From positions 2,301 to 66,300 of the forward strand of contig JBDGZR010000007.1 of NCBI GenBank assembly GCA_039588495.1: a stretch of 64,000 nucleotides of DNA, given 5' to 3'. The translations under genes were made by a program, and so were the position numbers. Numbering within the stretch: position 1 is the first letter of the stretch; every line of letters starts with the position of its first letter. The notes under the pieces are model-generated. The model saw only the letters and a list, made by a program, of their open reading frames with translations, searched no databases and was not told the origin of the DNA. Shown piece after piece: positions 1-10,613 of this stretch. The DNA is from Gemmatimonadota bacterium (GTDB taxonomy: Bacteria > Gemmatimonadota > Gemmatimonadetes > Palauibacterales > Palauibacteraceae).

Positions 1-1491
<1,491 letters not shown>

Positions 1492-1530
1492 TCCGGCGGC
1501 CTCCGCAACGTAACGCGAGGCCCACCCGCC

Positions 1531-3783
1531 CTAACCCGTCGGCTGATCGTCCCCGTTCAGCTCGCCCGCCATGGCCGGTACGTAGAAACCCTGCGCATAC
1601 TCCTGAACCATGCGGCGGGTCGTGAACCGGGCTCCGGCGATGCGGAGCGCATGCTTCATCTTCCGGATCCAACCCCGGGGAAGACCGCTCTCGTCCCGGT
1701 CGTAGTAGAGGGGAACCACCTCGCGCTCCAGAAGCTCGAACAGCGCGACGAGATCATCGGCATCCTCGTCCGCTCCCGTCTCGGGGAGCGGGAGCGCCCA
1801 ACCGTTCTCGGCCTCGAATCCCTCGGCCCACCAGCCATCCAGCGTGCCGAGCTGCGGCACGGCGTTCAGGGCGGCCTTCATTCCACTGGTGCCCGACGCC
1901 TCGAGCGGCGGCCGCGGGAGGTTCAACCATAGGTCGACGCCCCTCACGAGCCGGGCGGCCACCAGCAGATCGTAGTCCTCCAGGAAGGCGACGCGTCCCT
2001 CGAACCGGGGATCTCGGGTGAAGGAGTACACGCGCTGGAGGATCTCCTTGGCCGGCTCGTCCGCCGGATGCGCCTTCCCGGCGAAGACGATCTGCACCGG
2101 ATGGTGCGCGTCGGTGAGCAGGCGCTGCAGGCGGTCCTCCTCGTGAAACAGGAGATCGGCCCGCTTGTAGGTGGCGAAGCGCCGCGCGAAGCCGATGGTC
2201 AACGGCTCCGGACTGAGCAGCGTGCCGGCCCCCACCAGGTGGACGGCTTCGCTCCACAGGTCCCGCCAACGCTGGCGGGCGTACTCGCGACTGAAGCCGA
2301 GGAGCCGCTCCTTGAGCTCCAGGTGCGCCCGCCACAGGCGTTCGTCATCCAGCTCGAGTACCCGGTCCCAGAGCTCCGGGTCGTCACCTCTCGCGCGCCA
2401 GTCCTCACCCAGGCACTCGTCCAGGAGGTCCATTATCGAGTGCGACATCCAGCTCGACAGATGGACGCCGTTGGTGATCTCGCCGATCGGCACCTCGGAG
2501 GGCTTCCGGCCCGGCCACAGCTTGCGCCACATGTACCGCGTCTCCTGCCCGTGTCTCTTTGACACGGCGTTCACGCGGCCCGAGAGACGGATCGCCGCCG
2601 CCGTCATGTGGAAGGCCCGGTGGTTCGTCTCCGGGTGGAAGCCGAGGCGCAGGAATGCGTCTCGATCCACGCCGAGCTGTCCCCAGTAGTCCCCGGTGCA
2701 GCTCGCGATCAGGTCGGCATCGAAGGTGTCGTGGCCGGCCGGAACCGGCGTGTGGGTGGTGAAAATGCTGCGAGCCCTGACCCGGCGAATGCCCTCCTCG
2801 ATATCCACCCCTTCAACGTGAAGCTCCCGCAGTCGCTCGAGGAGCATGAAGGTCGCGTGACCCTCGTTGGCGTGCCAGGCAACCGGATCGATGCCGAGGG
2901 TCCGGAGGACGCGGACGCCACCGACCCCGAGGATCCACTCCTGCTTGAGGCGGAGCTCCAGCCCCTCGCCGTACAGCTTGCTCGTCAGGTCGCGGTCGGC
3001 CGGGTCGTTCTCCTCCAATCGGGTGTCCAGGAGGTAGATCGGGATCCGGCCGACGACCAGTTTCCAGGCCGCAATGTGGACCTCTCGGCCCGACGTGGTC
3101 ACGCTGGCCAGGGGAACTACCCCGCCGGGTCCGAGCACCCGGGTGAGAGGGGTGGACGCGATGTCGAAGGTCTCGTCGGAGTCCTCCTGCCAGCCATCCA
3201 GCGTGATGATCTGGTCGAAGTAGCCTTTCGAGTAGAGGAGGCCGACCGCGATCAGCGGCACGCCGAGGTCCGAGGCCGCCTTGCAGTGATCACCGGCGAG
3301 GACGCCGAGGCCGCCCGAGTAGATGGGAACTGAGTTGTGAACTCCGAATTCGGCGCAGAAGTAGGCGACCGGCCGCCCGTTCGAGTCGGGGAATCGCTCC
3401 GAGAACCAGGTGGCTTCGGCTGAGAGCTCGCGATGGAAATCGGCCAGAGCCGACTGGTAGAGCCTAAAGAACTCCGGGTCGTTGGCGCACTCGGCCAGGC
3501 GAGCCGGATCGGTGCGGCGCAGGAGATCGATCGGGTTGTTGCGGCTGGCGGCCCACAGCGCCGGATCGATGTGCTCGAACAGCCGCCAGGCGCGCCGGTG
3601 CCAACGCCACGAGAGGTTCATGGCGAGCTCTCGAAGCCCCTCGATCCGCTCGGGCAGGTACGGGATCTTCGTTTCGGCGCTGGTCATCGCGGAGCCAAGT
3701 AACGAGGTGCCAGCGGCTTTGGCAAGGAGAGTTTTGTCCGAGAACGTGTCTAGATACCGTGCACGGCCTGGTGCCGGCGGCAC
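1531..3783 (-). CDS. glgP: alpha-glucan (glycogen/maltodextrin) phosphorylase, GT35 family, long N-terminal type
   Basis: 750-aa ORF with IPYLPERIEGLRELAMNLSWRW, EGHATFMLLERL and the TSGMKAALN PLP-Lys region. An internal ATG at 3687 (MTSAETKIPY) is an alternative start. The gene is convergent with glgB. Confidence 0.85.
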   Translation of the reverse strand: MPPAPGRARYLDTFSDKTLLAKAAGTSLLGSAMTSAETKIPYLPERIEGLRELAMNLSWRWHRRAWRLFEHIDPALWAASRNNPIDLLRRTDPARLAECANDPEFFRLYQSALADFHRELSAEATWFSERFPDSNGRPVAYFCAEFGVHNSVPIYSGGLGVLAGDHCKAASDLGVPLIAVGLLYSKGYFDQIITLDGWQEDSDETFDIASTPLTRVLGPGGVVPLASVTTSGREVHIAAWKLVVGRIPIYLLDTRLEENDPADRDLTSKLYGEGLELRLKQEWILGVGGVRVLRTLGIDPVAWHANEGHATFMLLERLRELHVEGVDIEEGIRRVRARSIFTTHTPVPAGHDTFDADLIASCTGDYWGQLGVDRDAFLRLGFHPETNHRAFHMTAAAIRLSGRVNAVSKRHGQETRYMWRKLWPGRKPSEVPIGEITNGVHLSSWMSHSIMDLLDECLGEDWRARGDDPELWDRVLELDDERLWRAHLELKERLLGFSREYARQRWRDLWSEAVHLVGAGTLLSPEPLTIGFARRFATYKRADLLFHEEDRLQRLLTDAHHPVQIVFAGKAHPADEPAKEILQRVYSFTRDPRFEGRVAFLEDYDLLVAARLVRGVDLWLNLPRPPLEASGTSGMKAALNAVPQLGTLDGWWAEGFEAENGWALPLPETGADEDADDLVALFELLEREVVPLYYDRDESGLPRGWIRKMKHALRIAGARFTTRRMVQEYAQGFYVPAMAGELNGDDQPTG

Positions 3784-3814
3784 CTATGCCGCTGGCGATG
3801 ACCGTCGAACAGAC

Positions 3815-4486
3815 CTAGGCGGTCGGGATGCCCGTCAGATACAAGAACGTCATTCCGTAGTGGGCGAGGCTTCCCGCGACGACGAAGAGGTGGAAGGCCT
3901 CGTGGTAGGAGAACACCCGGTGCCAGAGGCGCGGCTTCACGGCCAGGAAGAGCGAGCCGGTCGTGTAGAGAAGGCCGCCGATGGCAAGCAGAAGGATCGC
4001 CCCGTCGGGCAGAGCCCGGGCGAGCGGTATGACGAGGAACAAGCTCAACCAACCCTGAAAAACCTGCAGGGTGATCGAGAACCAATTGCCCAGGCGAGGG
4101 AAGAAGGCCTTCTGCGCGATCCCGATCGCCGTGATCCCCCACGCGATCGCCAGCGTCGCGACCTTCCACTTCCCCTCCAGGACGATCAGGGCGACGGGCG
4201 TATAGGTACCGGCCACCAGCACGAATATCATCGCGTGGTCGAGCCTCTGCATCCGATGCTTCCACACCTGTTGCCACGGAACCGAGTGGTAGAGGGTACT
4301 CACCGTGTAGAGGAAGATCAGGCTGAGCGCGAAGATGAGGAGGGCGACCTGGCGTGACGTGTCGGGGTCGGCGCGGAGCCACAGGGCCACGGCTCCGGCC
4401 GCGAACAAAACCGCGGCGGCACCATGCAGGATGCCCCGAACGGGGTTTTGCATCCTCCCTAGCGTCAATCGTTCCGTATGATCCAC
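3815..4486 (-). CDS. hemolysin-III / PAQR family channel protein
   Basis: 223-aa ORF with seven predicted TM helices and motifs typical of HlyIII/YqfA, including the EAFHLFVVAGSLAHY C-terminal His motif. Confidence 0.75.
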   Translation of the reverse strand: MDHTERLTLGRMQNPVRGILHGAAAVLFAAGAVALWLRADPDTSRQVALLIFALSLIFLYTVSTLYHSVPWQQVWKHRMQRLDHAMIFVLVAGTYTPVALIVLEGKWKVATLAIAWGITAIGIAQKAFFPRLGNWFSITLQVFQGWLSLFLVIPLARALPDGAILLLAIGGLLYTTGSLFLAVKPRLWHRVFSYHEAFHLFVVAGSLAHYGMTFLYLTGIPTA

Positions 4487-4631
4487 CCATGTCCTCCTTT
4501 AGCGGCGCTTCTGCGCTCGACTAGCGACGCTCCTACGCTCGACGGGGCCAACTGTTTCACCCGCCGGTCCGTCCCGCTGCCTCAAGGACCGGGCCAGACC
4601 CTATTCCACCCAGCCCTGCAGGGTCAGAGGC

Positions 4632-5747
4632 TCAGAAGAAGTACCGCAGACGGAGGTTGAAGGTGATGCTATCCACGTTGTCCTCCGACTGCGTCAGATT
4701 AACCCGGCCCCACAGCGTCTCCACGCCGACGCTGAACTCCTGCCGGCCCGTGTAGAACAGCCCGAGATTGAAGCGCGTGGCGCTCTCGGCAATGTCGGCG
4801 CCTCGGCTGCCGAATAGCTGCGCGTCGATGCCCAGCAAGAAGCCGATCGGCACCGGTGTCACCTCGAGTAGATCGATGTCCGCCACCGCCCCCAGGTTCA
4901 GGATCGTCGTGCCCAGGTCGGCTTCCGGATCGAACTGATCGCCGACGCCGAACTCCGCCCGGCCACGGAGGCCGAACCACTCCAGCGGGCTCCAGGCCCC
5001 ACGGCCTCCGAGCGTGATCGCGTTGCTCCGGCCGCTTACCAGCAGGTCTTCTTCCGTATCCAGTATGCAGTCGGCGACCTCCTCCTCGGCGACCCGCTTC
5101 GCGAACCCGAACGGATCGATCCCTATGATCTTGTTGCTCGAGAAGTCGGCCACGGCTGATAGGAGGAAGCTCTCGGTATGGAACACACGCCCCGTGATTC
5201 CGGCCGCGAACGAGTAGGTGGCGCTCAAGCCCTCGGCGATCAGCGTCTCCGCGTTGGTGCCCGTTCGCACGGCACCACCAAAGCCGATTCTGAGCGCCAG
5301 GAAGTCCACGATCCTCTGCTGATACTCGAAGCCCAGCACCGCGAATGCGATGTCGCCCTGGAGAACCGCGACGGTGTCCGCTTCGGTTAGCACCGGAATG
5401 TTGGCATCCAGCAGGAGGCCGAACCCAGTATTGCTACGGAGGAAGGTCGTAATGAAAGGGTCGGGCACGGTTGAGGTCGGGATGAAGCGGTGGCCCTGCA
5501 GGACCGGCAACCTCCGGTTCTGCACGATCTCCTGGTCCTCTGCACCATCGCTATCCTCACCCGTGCTCTCCGACGAGTCGGCCGGCGCCGTCGAACCGGA
5601 CCTGCTGGCCTTCCGGCTTCCCGTAGCGTCGGCCTGCCTTTCCTCGGCTCCGGGCTGAGACGCCTGAGCGGGTAGCGAGGGTGCTGTGACGGCCAGGAAC
5701 GACGCGGCCAGAACAAGACCGGCCAGCAGTCTGCAAACGACGAACAT
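4632..5747 (-). CDS. outer-membrane beta-barrel protein, family unknown
   Basis: Start set at MFVVCRLLAGLVLAASFLAVTAPSLPAQA, a signal peptide preceded by a GGAGGA RBS. The ORF-track ORF extends to 6047, which I treat as artefactual. The alternating amphipathic pattern and the C-terminal ...NLRLRYFF (terminal Phe) are typical of OM barrels. Confidence 0.6.
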   Translation of the reverse strand: MFVVCRLLAGLVLAASFLAVTAPSLPAQASQPGAEERQADATGSRKASRSGSTAPADSSESTGEDSDGAEDQEIVQNRRLPVLQGHRFIPTSTVPDPFITTFLRSNTGFGLLLDANIPVLTEADTVAVLQGDIAFAVLGFEYQQRIVDFLALRIGFGGAVRTGTNAETLIAEGLSATYSFAAGITGRVFHTESFLLSAVADFSSNKIIGIDPFGFAKRVAEEEVADCILDTEEDLLVSGRSNAITLGGRGAWSPLEWFGLRGRAEFGVGDQFDPEADLGTTILNLGAVADIDLLEVTPVPIGFLLGIDAQLFGSRGADIAESATRFNLGLFYTGRQEFSVGVETLWGRVNLTQSEDNVDSITFNLRLRYFF

Positions 5748-5937
5748 CGGAATCCTCCATGAAGCGAGCGAGAGTTGGCAGCCACAATAGTCCATGTTCA
5801 CTAGAGGTCGCACTACCCTTATGAGAAAGGACTCGCTCTGGGCGGCCAGCACGTCCCCGGCCCGGCCGGACGTGACAAGAGAGGGCCTCGGCATCCATTT
5901 TCCCGGAGAACGAGACCGGCGCCGAAAGGGTGGGCAG

Positions 5938-8616
5938 ATGCCGCAGCTGACGTTCCTGTTGAACGGCCGAGAGAGGGTGGCCGAGTACGAGGAGGGCATG
6001 ACCTTCCTCGAGGTGCTGCGCGATGTGTGCGGCATCACGTCTCCCAAGGACGGGTGCGCGCCCCAGGGCTACTGCGGCTGCTGCGCCATCCTTCTCGACG
6101 GTCGCGCGGTTCTCTCGTGTCTTCGAAAGCCCGAGTCCGTCGCCGGGAAGTCGGTCACCACACTCGAAGGCATCCCCGAGGAACAACGCCGGCTGGTCGC
6201 TGAGGCCTTCGTTCGTGAGGGCGGGCTGCAGTGCGGCTACTGCACGCCCGGGCTGGCAATTCGAACCTGCTCCCTCCTGGACCACCAGGGCACCGATGAC
6301 CGGGAGGCGGTGAGCCGGGCGATCTCGGGCCACCTCTGCCGCTGCACCGGCTTCCAGCGGATCGTCGACGCCATCCGGACGGCCGGCGAAGCCTGGCAGA
6401 ACGGGGGCGAGCTGGCCGATGGAACTCCCAGGCAGCCCTTCTTCTTCGGAGAGAAGTACGGTATCTCCCGAGCCTCGCCTCACGCCCAGAACGGCGTCGG
6501 TGGGAGTCTGGCGCGCTTCCGAGGCGAGGACCATACGCTGGGCGAGAAGCCATACGTCGCCGACATGGTGCGCACCGACATGCTTCATGGGGCGGTGTCT
6601 CTCAGCCGATACCCCAGGGCTCGAGTCGTCCGGATCGACGCCTCATCGGCCCTGACGCTGCCGGGTGTCGAGCGGGTGGTCACGGCCGAAGACGTTCCGG
6701 GCGAGCGCCATGTGGGTCTGATCCGATCCGACTGGCCCGTCTTCGTGGCGCAGGGTGAGGTCACCCGTTGCGTCGGGGATGTCCTCGCACTCGTCCTCGC
6801 CGATACGCCGATTCGGGCGCGCCAGGCCGCCGAAGCCCTCGAGGCCGCCGTCGAGTACGAGGTGCTGACGCCCGTCTCCGATCCGTTCTCCGCCCTGGCC
6901 GACGACGCTCCTGCCGTCCACGAGGGCGGCAACCTCCTGGAGGTGTGCGCCTTCTCGAGAGGTGACGTTGACGCCGCCCTGGCCGGGTCAGCCCACGTCG
7001 TCGAGCAGAGGTTCACCACGCAGAGAATCGAGCACGCTTTTCTGGAGCCGGAGGCCTGTCTGGCCGAACCGTTAGACGGGGGCCGACTCAAGGTGCACAC
7101 GCAGGGTCAGGGCGTGCACGACGACCAGGCCCAGATCGCCGCGGTGCTGGGTGTCGAGGCCGACGCGGTCGAGGTCGAGCTTGTCGCAAACGGCGGCGCC
7201 TTCGGAGGCAAGGAAGACCTGTCCATCCAGGCGCAGACGGCGATCGCCGCTCAGCTGACCGGCCGTCCGGTGCGGACCGTGCTCACGCGGGACGGGTCGA
7301 TCCGGATGCACCCGAAGCGGCACCCGATCTCGCTCGCGTATACGGTCGGGGCCGACTCGGAGGGGCGACTCACGGCCGTCAGGGCGAGGATCGTCGGAGA
7401 CACGGGGGCTTACGCCTCGGTGGGGATGAAGGTGCTCGAGCGCGCGGCCGGTCACTCCTGCGGCCCGTACCGGGTGCCGAATGTCGAGGTCGAGGCAAAG
7501 ACCGTTTACACGAACAATCCGCCCTGTGGCGCGATGCGAGGTTTCGGCGCCAACCAGGCCTCCTTCGCGATCGAGGGTGTCATGGACCTATTGGCGGAGC
7601 GGGTCGGCGTGGACGGCTACGACATCCGGGAACGCAACATTCTCGAGCCCGGAGACCCCTTCGCGACCGGCCAGCTGATGACCGAGAGCTGCGGCATCCG
7701 CCAGACCCTGGAGGCCGTTCGAGACATCTACAAGGACGCCCGATACGCCGGGATCGGCTGCGGGATCAAGAACACGGGGATCGGCAACGGGATGGACGAC
7801 AGCGGGCGCCTGCTGCTCCGCGTCCTGGAGGGCGAGCGGATCGAGATCCTGACCGGATACACGGAGATGGGCCAGGGTCTCTATACCATCCTCCGCCAGG
7901 TCGTCGCCGAAGAGACGGGACTCGATCCGGATCTAATGACGGCACGAACGACCAGCGACCCCCGGGTGCTGTGCGGGATGACGACGGCCTCGCGGGCGAC
8001 CGCGCTCCTCACGGCCGCCGGACAGATCGCCGCCCGCGAGCTCGCCGACGACCTGGAGCGGGCGCCGCTGGACGAGTTCGTGGGGAAGGAATACCACGGC
8101 GAGTACGTGTGCGACTTCACCACCAAGCCGGGCAACGAGATGGAGCATCCGGTCACGCACATGACCTTCAGCTACGCCACCCAGGTCGTCATGCTGGACG
8201 AAGATGGGCGGCTGGAGCGGGTGGTCGCCGCCCATGACGTCGGAAGGGCGATCAACCCCCTGCTTTGCGCGAGCCAGATCGAGGGCTCCGTGCACATGGG
8301 ACTCGGCTATGCGCTCTCCGAGGACCTTCCGTGCACTGATGGCCGGCCCGATTCGACCCTCCTCCGCGACCTGGGCATTCTGAAGGCGAAGGACACGCCG
8401 CCGATCGACGTCATCCTGATCGAGGTCCCCGATGAGGTGGGAGGCTATGGCTCCAAGGGTGTGGGCGAGATCGGCCTCGTGCCGACCGCGGGCGCGGTGG
8501 CCGGCGCGCTGCACGCTTTCGACGGGAAGCGCCGCTTCGATCTACCGATGAGCGACGCCCCGGCCGCGGCGCCCTCCGTTCCGAAGTCACGGCTGAAAGC
8601 CGGGGCGGCCGGCTGA
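5938..8616 (+). CDS. molybdenum hydroxylase (xanthine dehydrogenase/aldehyde oxidase family): N-terminal 2x[2Fe-2S] ferredoxin-like domains fused to the molybdopterin-binding catalytic domain, with no FAD domain (XdhD / D. gigas MOP-like architecture)
   Basis: Start at MPQLTFLLNGRER, ATG at 5938 behind a GGGTGGG RBS. Fe-S motifs CAPQGYCGCC and GLQCGYCTPG...HLCRCTGFQRIV are followed by about 700 aa of a/b-hammerhead plus MoCo-binding domain (AMRGFGANQ, GQGL). Total length about 892 aa. Confidence 0.85.
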   Translation: MPQLTFLLNGRERVAEYEEGMTFLEVLRDVCGITSPKDGCAPQGYCGCCAILLDGRAVLSCLRKPESVAGKSVTTLEGIPEEQRRLVAEAFVREGGLQCGYCTPGLAIRTCSLLDHQGTDDREAVSRAISGHLCRCTGFQRIVDAIRTAGEAWQNGGELADGTPRQPFFFGEKYGISRASPHAQNGVGGSLARFRGEDHTLGEKPYVADMVRTDMLHGAVSLSRYPRARVVRIDASSALTLPGVERVVTAEDVPGERHVGLIRSDWPVFVAQGEVTRCVGDVLALVLADTPIRARQAAEALEAAVEYEVLTPVSDPFSALADDAPAVHEGGNLLEVCAFSRGDVDAALAGSAHVVEQRFTTQRIEHAFLEPEACLAEPLDGGRLKVHTQGQGVHDDQAQIAAVLGVEADAVEVELVANGGAFGGKEDLSIQAQTAIAAQLTGRPVRTVLTRDGSIRMHPKRHPISLAYTVGADSEGRLTAVRARIVGDTGAYASVGMKVLERAAGHSCGPYRVPNVEVEAKTVYTNNPPCGAMRGFGANQASFAIEGVMDLLAERVGVDGYDIRERNILEPGDPFATGQLMTESCGIRQTLEAVRDIYKDARYAGIGCGIKNTGIGNGMDDSGRLLLRVLEGERIEILTGYTEMGQGLYTILRQVVAEETGLDPDLMTARTTSDPRVLCGMTTASRATALLTAAGQIAARELADDLERAPLDEFVGKEYHGEYVCDFTTKPGNEMEHPVTHMTFSYATQVVMLDEDGRLERVVAAHDVGRAINPLLCASQIEGSVHMGLGYALSEDLPCTDGRPDSTLLRDLGILKAKDTPPIDVILIEVPDEVGGYGSKGVGEIGLVPTAGAVAGALHAFDGKRRFDLPMSDAPAAAPSVPKSRLKAGAAG

Positions 8617-10613
8617 TGGAGCTCCAGCCGATCCCCTTCCCCGACCTCGTGCGCCGGATGCGGCGCGAGGTCGAGACGGCCGGCTCGATATTCGATCTCC
8701 CGGTCCGCAAGTGGTGGATTCCGAGCGAGGAGATGGACTTCTCGGCGCTTCATTTCGGACACCGCGCCTCCACGCCGGTCGGACCGGCAGCCGGGCCGCA
8801 CACGCAGCTCGCCCAGAACATCGTGCTCTCCTGGCTGGCGGGAGGCCGGATCATCGAGATCAAGACCGTCCAGGTCAACGACCGGCTCGAGATCCCGCGT
8901 CCCTGCATTCACGTCCCCAACGTCGGCTATAACGTCGAGTGGTCGCAGGAGCTGCTTGTCGAGGAGTCGCTCAACGAGTACGCCAAGGCCGCGTACCTGA
9001 TAGAAATCCTCAAGGCCACGCGCGCGTTCGGCCGGCTCCCCTCCGATCACGGGCTCGACACGGTCTTCGACATCAGCGTCGGCTACGACCTGGAAGGCAT
9101 TCGGAGCGAGAAGGTGACCGGCTTCATCGAGGGAATGAAGGATCCGGCGCGCAGCTTCGACCTGCTGCGAGAAGAGTTACGCGGAGATCTGGCGGAGTTC
9201 TCGGAGATCGACCTGCCCGAACAGATCTCCGACACCGTCACGCTGTCCACCTTCCACGGGTGCCCGGCCGACCAGATCGAGTCCATCTGCCGTTACCTCC
9301 TCGAGGAGGTCGGCCTTCACACGATCATCAAGCTGAACCCCACGCTCCTCGGCTTCGAAGCGGTCCGCGAGATCCTCTTCGACCGGCTCGGCTACACGCA
9401 CCTCAAGCTGCGGCGCGAAGCCTTCGACGTGGACCTCCAGTACGACGACGGCCTCGAGATCCTGAGGCGGCTGCGCTCGGTGGCCGAGAGGCAAGGATCG
9501 GTCATCGGCGCGAAGTTCACGAACACGCTCGTCGTCGAGAACGAGCCGGAGTTCTTCCCGACCCAGACCGACCCCTACATGTACGTATCCGGTCCGCCGC
9601 TGCACGTGATCTCGATGAACCTCATGCAGCGGTTTCGGGAGGACCTGGGCTTCGAGTTCCCTGTCTCCTTCTCGGCCGGCGTGGACGTCAAGAACTTCCC
9701 TGTCGCCGTGGCCTGCGGAATGGTCCCGGTGACGACTTGCACGGACCTCCTCCGACAGGGTGGCTTCGGCCGCCTCCCGGGCTACCTGAAGGCGCTGGGC
9801 AGAGAGATGCAGAAGCACGACGTCACGTCGCGCGAGGCGTACGTGCTCACGGCGGGAGGAAGGGCGGCGGAGGCGGTCGAGGAGGCTTTGACGACATTTC
9901 GGGGCGCAGCGACCGGGAGCGAGCCGTTGTGCGATCCCGAGCAGCGGCGCCGAATCACCGAAATGGCACCGAACGATCTCCCGGCCGCGCTCCGCGCCGT
10001 CGGGGAGGCCGCCGATCTCGACGGGGAGGCGATCCTGCTGCACGCGACCCGCGTCGCCGGCCGGTTGACCGGCCGCGGTATCGTCCCCTCCCTGGTCGAG
10101 GAACCGCGATATCACGCATCGGCCAACTCCAAGGCGCCTCGTCAGATCGACAGCACACTCGCGCTGTACGATTGCATTAACTGCGACCTCTGCATCCAGG
10201 CCTGTCCCAACGACGCGATCTTCTCGTACGAGGCCGAGCCGATCGAGGTGAACGGCTTCGCGATCCGCGAGTCGCACCAGCTCGCCGTGTTCGAAGGAGC
10301 GTGCAACGAGTGCTCCAACTGCGAGATCTACTGTCCCGAGTCGGGCGCCCCGTTCGTCGAGAAGGAGATCGTCTTCCAGGCGCGCGCCGCCTTCGATGAA
10401 TCGAAGCTGGATGGTTTCTGCCGGGCGGGCGACAGGCTCTACGCGCGCCTCGGTGGTCGTGAGTACGAGCTGGAGATCGGCAAGGACGAAGAGATCGCCT
10501 TCGAGAGCCTGGACGCCGAGCTCGACATCACGCGCATGGCGCGGATGCGAACGGTGTGGAACTCGATCTACCGCTCCGATACCCCCAACCCGGTGAACCC
10601 GTCACCCTCGTGA
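8616..10613 (+). CDS. Fe-S flavoprotein: DHOD/DPD-like TIM-barrel domain plus C-terminal 2x[4Fe-4S] ferredoxin domain (YgfK N-terminal-like / PreA-like)
   Basis: The ATG overlaps the upstream stop (TGATG). ASTPVGPAAGPHTQLAQNIVLSWLAGGRIIEIKTVQV resembles the G-x-AAG...IEIGTVT flavin-barrel motif of the DHOD/DPD family. The C-terminus carries CINCDLCIQACP and CNECSNCEIYCP. Confidence 0.6.
   Translation: MELQPIPFPDLVRRMRREVETAGSIFDLPVRKWWIPSEEMDFSALHFGHRASTPVGPAAGPHTQLAQNIVLSWLAGGRIIEIKTVQVNDRLEIPRPCIHVPNVGYNVEWSQELLVEESLNEYAKAAYLIEILKATRAFGRLPSDHGLDTVFDISVGYDLEGIRSEKVTGFIEGMKDPARSFDLLREELRGDLAEFSEIDLPEQISDTVTLSTFHGCPADQIESICRYLLEEVGLHTIIKLNPTLLGFEAVREILFDRLGYTHLKLRREAFDVDLQYDDGLEILRRLRSVAERQGSVIGAKFTNTLVVENEPEFFPTQTDPYMYVSGPPLHVISMNLMQRFREDLGFEFPVSFSAGVDVKNFPVAVACGMVPVTTCTDLLRQGGFGRLPGYLKALGREMQKHDVTSREAYVLTAGGRAAEAVEEALTTFRGAATGSEPLCDPEQRRRITEMAPNDLPAALRAVGEAADLDGEAILLHATRVAGRLTGRGIVPSLVEEPRYHASANSKAPRQIDSTLALYDCINCDLCIQACPNDAIFSYEAEPIEVNGFAIRESHQLAVFEGACNECSNCEIYCPESGAPFVEKEIVFQARAAFDESKLDGFCRAGDRLYARLGGREYELEIGKDEEIAFESLDAELDITRMARMRTVWNSIYRSDTPNPVNPSPS

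Noticed and set aside
5938-8616. Calling the Mo hydroxylase selenium-dependent
   Set aside because: Selenium dependence is inferred in the literature from co-occurrence with selD, yqeB and yqeC, and none of these is in the window. Sequence alone cannot show a labile Se cofactor.
8939-10180. 413-aa and 366-aa ORFs in alternate or antisense frames of the 8616..10613 gene
   Set aside because: Arg/Gly/Pro-rich translations with no motifs. The DPD/ferredoxin-like frame has the recognisable signatures.
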